Positions 57,903 to 64,000 of a DNA stretch of 64,000 bases are shown here, one piece after another (within the stretch, counting starts at the first letter, position 1; each line of letters begins with the position of its first letter). The DNA is taken from IMG/VR virus record IMGVR_UViG_3300033143_002694, positions 4,189 through 68,188 of that record, one strand, 5' to 3'. The stretch is from a virus. The notes under the pieces are model-generated. The model had not been told where the DNA came from. It ran no database searches and worked only from the letters and a program-made list of their open reading frames with translations. The translations under genes and the position numbers were made by a program.

Positions 57903-58133
57903 TCATGCGTGACACCTGCCTATTAATAAATATTTACGTAGCCTGTCAACGTCCTTCCATCCGTTGTTCACGTCTTCATGTTTACTGATGTATACTTGCC
58001 TGCTCCCCACTGTAACTCTGACCTCATAGTATACACTCTTAAATATACCGCCTTCTGTTGTCCTGCACTCAGTCATAACACCTCTGATGCTGTCGTGTTT
58101 AGTTGAAGACATTTCCCGTCTTTCAATCTGCAT
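57903..58133 (-). CDS. Hypothetical protein
   Basis: Start reassigned to the ATG after the repeat. Confidence 0.6.
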   Translation of the reverse strand: MQIERREMSSTKHDSIRGVMTECRTTEGGIFKSVYYEVRVTVGSRQVYISKHEDVNNGWKDVDRLRKYLLIGRCHA

Positions 58134-58333
58134 GTGCTGCTCCCTTCTATAAACTATACTCAATTATAAATCCTTAACTTTGCTTGCGCTGCTACCCTCT
58201 TTAGCTGGTTACTCTTTTTGCGGTATGCCTTGTGGAATACGTCATTAATAAAATCAATATCATCTAAAGAGTGGTTGCGTTTGCCAGTCAGTGCAATTAA
58301 TCTCTCATTGTTGTTTTTCATCTCTGCTCCCTT

Positions 58334-58528
58334 CTACATCTGTTTAAAATGTCTGTAAATAATAAACTCAAAGAATGTCAATAAATCAATATCACTCAAG
58401 CCTCTGTATGCAACATCTTTTACATGTGTGTCATGCCAGAAACAATCTCTCCACCTGCTACAACTACCTTTAAAGCCTTTGTGTATTTTAACAAGTCCAT
58501 CCAATCTTACAAGAACTAATTTTCTCAA
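58334..58528 (-). CDS. Hypothetical protein
   Basis: TTG start after repeat. Confidence 0.55.
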   Translation of the reverse strand: MRKLVLVRLDGLVKIHKGFKGSCSRWRDCFWHDTHVKDVAYRGLSDIDLLTFFEFIIYRHFKQM

Positions 58529-58692
58529 TGCTCTTCGCTCCCTTCTATAATTTGCTCCATAATAGCACATGTGATAGTCACTTCAGGATTACTTTCTACG
58601 TATTTTCTTATCTTCATCAGGTTTGTAGGTTTTATTAAATCCCTTAAGTATGCAACCGCCACCCCTTTCGACCGACCAAATCCAGTATGCAT
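58525..58692 (-). CDS. 55-aa protein not in ORF track (MHTGFGRSKG...)
   Basis: Repeat SD; similarity to 56390..56671. Confidence 0.7.
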   Translation of the reverse strand: MHTGFGRSKGVAVAYLRDLIKPTNLMKIRKYVESNPEVTITCAIMEQIIEGSEEH

Positions 58693-58705
58693 TTTTCGCT
58701 CCCTT

Positions 58706-58891
58706 CTAAAGTGTTATACAATATTTCTTGTTAATGGTAATACTCTTGATACAATGTGATTGACTCGGTGGAAATGTTACCCTTCGCACATCCTTGAATT
58801 CTTGCCGAAGATCTTCACCCTCATATTCTGGCACTGCTTCACCGATGAAACCATCACACCTGTGACCAAATTGTCTTACTATTACTTGCAT
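58706..58891 (-). CDS. Hypothetical protein
   Basis: Repeat SD. Confidence 0.6.
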   Translation of the reverse strand: MQVIVRQFGHRCDGFIGEAVPEYEGEDLRQEFKDVRRVTFPPSQSHCIKSITINKKYCITL

Positions 58892-59127
58892 TTTTCGCTC
58901 CCTTCTGTATCTGTTTTAAATTCTTCAAACGGTGCAAAGCTATCACCAAATAATAATATTTGCCTTGCCTTCTGTTCAACGTATACGGGTATTTTGTAAG
59001 GTGTATATTCAAGCCTCTTTGTACCATCTTTAAACACAACGCCTTGCCTGCCAAACTTCCTATTCGTGAGGTATACAATTATGCAATCTCCGGATTTTTG
59101 CAGGTAATACAATTCAGGTTTTTTCAA
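58882..59127 (-). CDS. Hypothetical protein
   Basis: Repeat SD. Confidence 0.6.
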   Translation of the reverse strand: MKKPELYYLQKSGDCIIVYLTNRKFGRQGVVFKDGTKRLEYTPYKIPVYVEQKARQILLFGDSFAPFEEFKTDTEGSEKCK

Positions 59128-59324
59128 TGTCCTTCGCTCCCTTCTGTCTGGTTTTCTAATATATCAGATTGCACTTGTACTAATCTTTCCCTTGCGTCGT
59201 GTAAATCAATTGAATCTTGTGCCCTGTTACCTGTTGGAAAGTCTCGTATTATATTGTATTGTGATTGTGCTATCCTTAAGGCTTGATTAAGTGGTATTGG
59301 AATTCCGCATATAGTGTATTCCAT
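59124..59324 (-). CDS. Hypothetical protein
   Basis: Repeat SD. Confidence 0.6.
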   Translation of the reverse strand: MEYTICGIPIPLNQALRIAQSQYNIIRDFPTGNRAQDSIDLHDARERLVQVQSDILENQTEGSEGH

Positions 59325-59352
59325 GTTTTTCGCTCCCTTCTATGTGTTTGAA

Positions 59353-59568
59353 TTAACCGGTTTCTTTAGCTTGTACTATCTTATCATGTGCGTAATCTTT
59401 ATCAGTCCCTAATCTGTCGAAGTCACTAAAACCATCAACCTCAATCATTGTACCGTCCCATGACCAGCTCGCAAATAGTGCAGCCTTAGAGCCTAGTATC
59501 TCAAGAATCTTTTTGGCATCCTCTTTGTTATCCGGACTAATTACAACACGATAATCAAAACTATGCAT
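59353..59568 (-). CDS. Hypothetical protein
   Basis: Start MHSFDY after repeat. Confidence 0.6.
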   Translation of the reverse strand: MHSFDYRVVISPDNKEDAKKILEILGSKAALFASWSWDGTMIEVDGFSDFDRLGTDKDYAHDKIVQAKETG

Positions 59569-59691
59569 TTTTCGCTCCCTTCTATGTGTTTGAATAGTAA
59601 ATAGGCTTACATCCTGATACACGCTATGCTTTGAATGTATCAAGGGTATGTCTAGACACCTTAAGTCAATTCTAAACGTCCCACAGGGCAT

Positions 59692-60426
59692 TCAGTGGGC
59701 CGGGAAATAGATTTCTTTGTCCTTATGCTTAAGCGCAAAACATATTTTACAGGTGTCACACTTTAAACCGTTTGATTTATTCGACTTACAAATAAAATGT
59801 TTACCCTTTGGCTTGCCCTGTTCAAGTATACCAGCTCTTACCCAACCATTCGGCACGTCATGCCCGATTGTATCGTCAACAGAGGCACGCAAAACAACGT
59901 TAGGCATTGACTTTAATATATTCAACATAGGTAAAAAACCGTCAACTTTTGATTTCCATTGTTTTGTATAACCATAAAATGTAACATTCTTGTTTTCCTT
60001 TGCAAGTCGTATCCATTCAGAAATGACATAAACGCTTTGAAAATCACCTGAAACATACATTCTTACAATATCCCTACTCTTTGGCACGTCCGGAAGCCTT
60101 ACGCCTTTGTCAAGTTGTGTCTGGTTATGAGTGTAGTTAGTTTTTACGTTAGGGTACTGGTTAACCGATTTGATAGAATAACAATATTCACATTTTTGAA
60201 TGCAGGTGTCATAAGGCATTGTACTAAAATGCGCTATCTTACCTAGTTTATGCCTGTTCTCTTTCTGGAATGCAAGTTGTTTAACTGGGTTATCTAGTTC
60301 GAATTGTTTTTCAAGTTGTTCCCACTCTTTGTCTGTTAAAAATGTCACTTCCTTACTCATTAAAGGTTTCATTGCCTTTACAGTCTCTTTATATGCTTGT
60401 GTACAATCTCTAGTGTATTTATCCAT
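59692..60426 (-). CDS. GP88-family (radical-SAM-like) phage protein
   Basis: TC...C..CY, R..VSGDF, FYGYTK, N.VLRASVD, C....C..C..C. Confidence 0.8.
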   Translation of the reverse strand: MDKYTRDCTQAYKETVKAMKPLMSKEVTFLTDKEWEQLEKQFELDNPVKQLAFQKENRHKLGKIAHFSTMPYDTCIQKCEYCYSIKSVNQYPNVKTNYTHNQTQLDKGVRLPDVPKSRDIVRMYVSGDFQSVYVISEWIRLAKENKNVTFYGYTKQWKSKVDGFLPMLNILKSMPNVVLRASVDDTIGHDVPNGWVRAGILEQGKPKGKHFICKSNKSNGLKCDTCKICFALKHKDKEIYFPAH

Positions 60427-60457
60427 TGTATAGCCTTTCAATTAAATTAAAGTTGAA

Positions 60458-60658
60458 TTATCCTGTGCCGAATTCGATTAATTTTTTAAATTTGTCTGTA
60501 TCCGCATTTGCAAACTCTTTAGTTACTCCCATTGCATTAAATATTTGTCTTCTAATTGCTTTCTTTAAATCAATTAATGTCTGTTCTGACTGTATTTCAT
60601 CCAATTTCCACAATTCACTATAAATGATTTGTTCTACCTCTTCTCTTAAGTTTTTCAT
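60458..60658 (-). CDS. Hypothetical protein
   Basis: GAAAGG SD. Confidence 0.55.
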   Translation of the reverse strand: MKNLREEVEQIIYSELWKLDEIQSEQTLIDLKKAIRRQIFNAMGVTKEFANADTDKFKKLIEFGTG

Positions 60659-60685
60659 TGCATTGCCTTTCAATTAAGTTAGTGG

Positions 60686-60961
60686 TTATTTGTCAGATAA
60701 GTATAGTTCAACTTCTTCCATTGTTTTGAATGTATAAATCAATAATTCAACTATCTTGCCACTTGTTTGATTTAATGAAGATAGTCTATAAACAGCCTCT
60801 TTCTTACCACCTAACATATCAGACCACATGTTTGTATAATTAACAAAATAGCTCACGCCTTTAGGACTTGTGATAGTACTATAGTCAATATCACCGAAAA
60901 AATCCTTGTTGTTACCGCCAAAATATGTGTTATTTGCTGCATAGACTGTTTTGATATCCAT
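60686..60961 (-). CDS. Hypothetical protein
   Basis: ORF in minus-strand block. Confidence 0.6.
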   Translation of the reverse strand: MDIKTVYAANNTYFGGNNKDFFGDIDYSTITSPKGVSYFVNYTNMWSDMLGGKKEAVYRLSSLNQTSGKIVELLIYTFKTMEEVELYLSDK

Positions 60962-61137
60962 AATGTGCCTGCTTTCTAAATAAGGTTATGCTTTACAGTT
61001 AATAATATCACCTGTTGAGTAATTATTGTCATCATTCTTGATAATAATGTATTCGTTAAGCTGTTTGAGTATCTCAATTCTTTGTTTAAATCTACTGTAC
61101 GCCTTACTCCAGTTTATATCCTTTGTTTCCTTCTGCA

Positions 61138-61272
61138 TTACTTGCCTGCTTTCTCTAATAAGGTTTCAAGCTCTTGTTCAAGCTCTTTACGCTTGACGGT
61201 ATCACCAGTAAGAATGGTATAGCCTATCCTGTTTTTAATGCTCCAGTAAATTTTAGTGTTTGCTTTATTCAT
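61138..61272 (-). CDS. 44-aa protein, possibly leaderless (MNKANTKIYW...)
   Basis: ATG 7 nt after the sigma28-like -10 box; TAATG coupling to next ORF. Confidence 0.5.
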   Translation of the reverse strand: MNKANTKIYWSIKNRIGYTILTGDTVKRKELEQELETLLEKAGK

Positions 61273-61279
61273 ACTGTTA

Positions 61280-61306
61280 TTATCGGTACTGTTTAAGGAA
61301 ACTTTA
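61280..61306 (-). promoter_or_regulatory. Sigma28 (FliA/SigD)-like promoter
   Basis: TAAAGTTT-N11-ACCGATAA vs consensus TAAAGTTT-N11-GCCGATAA. Confidence 0.7.
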
Positions 61307-61316
61307 GTAAAATAAT

Positions 61317-61517
61317 TTATTTATTTAAAATATTATCTCTTACCTGTTTTAACACGTCGGCTGCAAGTTGTACGTAATTAGCAGCATCAAGACAATCTTT
61401 CTTTAATCCGTCTCTAATAATACTCTTTGTCATAAAACTTACAGTCGAATTATTAAGAACGTTGTTAATTTCGGTTTGTACTTCTTTGCTACAGTAATCA
61501 AGGTTGTTGTTATTCAT
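61317..61517 (-). CDS. Hypothetical protein
   Basis: GAAAGG SD; S...K.....L.KDCLDA. Confidence 0.6.
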   Translation of the reverse strand: MNNNNLDYCSKEVQTEINNVLNNSTVSFMTKSIIRDGLKKDCLDAANYVQLAADVLKQVRDNILNK

Positions 61518-61549
61518 TGTATTGCCTTTCAGTAAATAGTAAAATAGGC

Positions 61550-61741
61550 TTACTTGATAAATGGTGTAGTAGAAATACCGAGTTCATTCATTGCGTCTGG
61601 TGATAGCTCATTGACGTTTACCTTTGCAATGTATACGCCTTCAACATAGAATTCAACAAAGTCGGTTTCTGGTTGTGCATCCAAACCCATGCTATAAACT
61701 TCACTGGTGTTTAAAAATATATTCTTTGTTCGTGTTTCCAT
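61550..61741 (-). CDS. Hypothetical protein, first gene of minus-strand block
   Basis: GAAGGGA SD. Confidence 0.6.
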   Translation of the reverse strand: METRTKNIFLNTSEVYSMGLDAQPETDFVEFYVEGVYIAKVNVNELSPDAMNELGISTTPFIK

Positions 61742-61796
61742 TGTCTTAATCCCTTCAGTAAATAGTAAAATAGTAATTTCTTATGGTTTATATATA

Positions 61797-61813
61797 AGCA
61801 ATGGCCATGCCAA
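61797..61813 (-). promoter_or_regulatory. Sigma54 (-24/-12) promoter
   Basis: TTGGCATG-GCCA-TTGCT, exact GG-N10-GC spacing. Confidence 0.75.
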
Positions 61814-62318
61814 ACCATTAAATAAACGTTAAGTACTGATATGATAGGTATTTAAACATATTACTCCAATTATAAACGTTTTACTCCAAGTGCCACAATG
61901 ACACACTAAACAGGGCCGAATGAGCTTAAACACATAATACACATAGTCTTATGACTAAATCCCATTTTGACAGGCCGTTGTATGATTATGCCACATTGGC
62001 ACGCCATGCCGAAAACAAATAAATAATAATTAATATATTTTTATAGAATGCCGCATCATTCCAGAATTGCCTTTAATAATAGTTGTTTACTCTTTATACT
62101 GGCGGACGGTTGGTAGGTTAAGTAATAAAGGACTCTCTGTAACACACTGCATTATTGAAGCATGCCTAAACACCTCTTTAAAAATAAAACAGCTTAGAAC
62201 CAATTGTATAACTAGAATATTCTTTAATAATAGTCATTTAGGCGTTATAAGGTTAATAATGTAATAATGGTGATTAGAGATATTGAGATTATTGATGATA
62301 TGGGGAGAAATACCGTCT

Positions 62319-62543
62319 ATGACTGCAAAGAAAGAAACCACAATAGGAAAACAACGTGAGATGATGTACAAAGAGTTTATCAAGTTGTATGTTAAGCTAG
62401 TACCGCCACTTAAGGCTGAATCAGACAAGAACAAGGACACTCAAGAGGGTTTCATTATGAGCTTGATTAAGGCTGATAACGTGCTTAAGCTTAATGAAGG
62501 CAAGCCCGAAACAATCATTGATGTTGATGTTAATACGCCATGA
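62319..62543 (+). CDS. Hypothetical protein (terminase small subunit candidate)
   Basis: GGGGAG SD; helical; ends TIIDVDV. Confidence 0.4.
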   Translation: MTAKKETTIGKQREMMYKEFIKLYVKLVPPLKAESDKNKDTQEGFIMSLIKADNVLKLNEGKPETIIDVDVNTP

Positions 62544-62945
62544 GTGATATCAACCATTTAAACGTCAGATAATATATATTATGTTATGTTGAACTCCAGT
62601 CTCAATTAGAATTATGATAATAAACCATGTCAAGACATGCCTCAAATCAATCTATAATACTGTAACTAAAGGACTTATGACTTGCTATGCTCATCTAGTT
62701 GGGATTGAGTCGCAATCTCAATCGATACCCCCCTCCCCTAACCCCCTCACAATCGAGTATAGGCCGCTCTTTTCTATGTTTCCTGCTTCCAACCTTAAAT
62801 ATCCGGAATCTGAAAACTTCAAAATAAATCACCGAATTCTATATGGCTACAAATTTATTAAGGACCCGGTAGGGGTAAGTCAGAGAGTTACGCATGTGTC
62901 ATAAAGCTGTTCATATATAGCCGCTATATTTTTTTTATTTAGAGC

Positions 62946-62974
62946 TTGCGTTCTGTAGGACTATATGATATTCT
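62946..62974 (+). promoter_or_regulatory. Sigma70 promoter
   Basis: TTGCGT-17-TATTCT with extended TG. Confidence 0.55.
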
Positions 62975-63026
62975 TAGTTCGTTGATGCAATTTATTCTGT
63001 CAAGTTGAATTTTCGAGGAGTAGCCT

Positions 63027-63353
63027 ATGTGGAGTAAAGTTGTTCAATATATACGCACCAAATTTTTCCGGAAGCCGTTAGATCCGAAGGAAGCTGTTGA
63101 TACGATGATGAATCATTACAGTCTCTCTATTGATGAAGCTGCAAAGAACCTATCGGATTCTATTGATAAGGATGTATTAGAGAGTATATATAAGGAGGTA
63201 GAAGCAGAAGTGGATGAGGAGATCCGGAAACATATGTATTTCGGACACATGCCAAAAATTTTCGTAACGCCTACGGCTACAAAGGCAGAGACAATTCATT
63301 TGGAAAATGGGAGTACTGTTATTCGAGTCAAGCAGACAATTACTATTAGGTAA
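63027..63353 (+). CDS. Hypothetical protein
   Basis: GAGGAG SD. Confidence 0.65.
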   Translation: MWSKVVQYIRTKFFRKPLDPKEAVDTMMNHYSLSIDEAAKNLSDSIDKDVLESIYKEVEAEVDEEIRKHMYFGHMPKIFVTPTATKAETIHLENGSTVIRVKQTITIR

Positions 63354-63364
63354 GGAGGCTTGTT

Positions 63365-63505
63365 ATGTGGAGTTTGAAGGATTTACTTATTGTATGTGCT
63401 GGTGTGGGATTGGTATTGGGAATGATGTGTGGTTGTGCTCAGAAGAATCGGCCACCTGTCGCAATTATCAAGGTCACAAATAGTCAAGGAGAAATCGTAA
63501 GATGA
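63365..63505 (+). CDS. Small lipoprotein candidate
   Basis: AAGGAGG SD; hydrophobic leader ending MCGC. Confidence 0.5.
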   Translation: MWSLKDLLIVCAGVGLVLGMMCGCAQKNRPPVAIIKVTNSQGEIVR

Positions 63506-63831
63506 TAACGTTCACGGAAGGGCTTATACTCGCAGTGATCAGTTGTTTATTGGGGATGTTTTTGTTCGGTTGCGGCCATGAAATAAATAATGGAAAAATA
63601 GTTGGAAAGTTCTTTAATAAAGCATCTGTATCGACTACAATAATGCCAGTGACATGCGGTAAGACAATTATCATGATGCCTGTTACTACTCGTAAGAAGG
63701 ATCAGTGGAGTTTTAAAGTCAAGGGCAAGAATGACGAAGGGGAAATAGTTGTTGAATCATTCGATGTAACCAAGGAAGTATGGGATAGTTATTTATATGG
63801 ACAGGTAATTGACTTTAAGGAGGACGGATAA
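63502..63831 (+). CDS. Lipoprotein/membrane-anchored protein
   Basis: Leader ending LFGC; beta-rich body. Confidence 0.6.
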   Translation: MITFTEGLILAVISCLLGMFLFGCGHEINNGKIVGKFFNKASVSTTIMPVTCGKTIIMMPVTTRKKDQWSFKVKGKNDEGEIVVESFDVTKEVWDSYLYGQVIDFKEDG

Positions 63832-64000
63832 TGTTTGAGGCGTATGTTAGAACGGGTGTCTCTGAGATGAGACCGCATGTAAGGGGTGAGGACCTACGTG
63901 GCATATCAGTGACTGTTGTTGACCATGCTGAGGCACACCTTGAAGGTGGTGGGATGATTGCACGGAATCCTAAGAACTATGATGATCAGTGGTATGTGGC
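63831..64000 (+). CDS. Hypothetical phage protein, 3'-truncated
   Basis: EMRP...GEDL..ISV...GMIARNPKN..DQW.VA. Confidence 0.65.
   Translation, partial: MFEAYVRTGVSEMRPHVRGEDLRGISVTVVDHAEAHLEGGGMIARNPKNYDDQWYV

Larger units (their letters stand above)
57690..59600 (-). repeat. Ten dispersed start-associated repeats AGAAGGGAG(CG)
   Basis: CTCCCTTCT on plus strand at about 57690, 57811, 58140, 58327, 58538, 58699, 58898, 59137, 59333, 59575. Confidence 0.9.

Noticed and set aside
57690-59600. CRISPR array or integron attC array
   Set aside because: Repeats are 9-25 nt, non-palindromic, and separated by whole ORFs; no cas or integrase gene
61996-62012. Second, plus-strand sigma54 promoter (TTGGCACG)
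   Set aside because: No TTGC at -12; better explained as half of a palindrome
1-64000. Stop-codon reassignment
   Set aside because: Long genes are intact in code 11; TAG, TGA and TAA all end well-defined genes; no suppressor tRNA seen

Overview
A 64-kb segment of a tailed dsDNA bacteriophage genome with a podovirus-like (P22/BPP-1-like) head and short-tail architecture and standard genetic code 11. It is truncated inside genes at both ends. Layout: (1) 1-9.8 kb, a large glycan-biosynthesis cluster (glycosyltransferases, DegT aminotransferase, two radical SAM enzymes, FkbM, Gmd/Rmd-like SDR, and a GT + kinase-fold + WbdD-like methyltransferase fusion) with tRNA-Gln and tRNA-Met(CAT). (2) 9.9-39.4 kb, phosphoesterase, putative lysis genes, terminase, portal, scaffold, capsid, connector and tail genes, two proteins built from 15 near-identical 44-aa blades, and a frameshifted JAB/LPD38 polyvalent protein. 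(3) 39.5-48 kb, six further tRNAs (two with atypical variable arms) with structured non-coding spacers, RtcB, a Prs-like + Nampt-like pair (NARP1-like NAD+ reconstitution) split by an HNH gene, and an RNA ligase. (4) 46-54.8 kb, YqaJ/RecT/RusA recombination and primase-helicase replication genes. (5) 54.9-61.8 kb, a minus-strand region of small genes, many led by repeated start-associated sequences, with sigma70, sigma28-like and sigma54-like promoter matches. No integrase, DNA polymerase, endolysin, CRISPR array or reverse transcriptase is visible. All family assignments come from motif recognition by eye; no database search was run.
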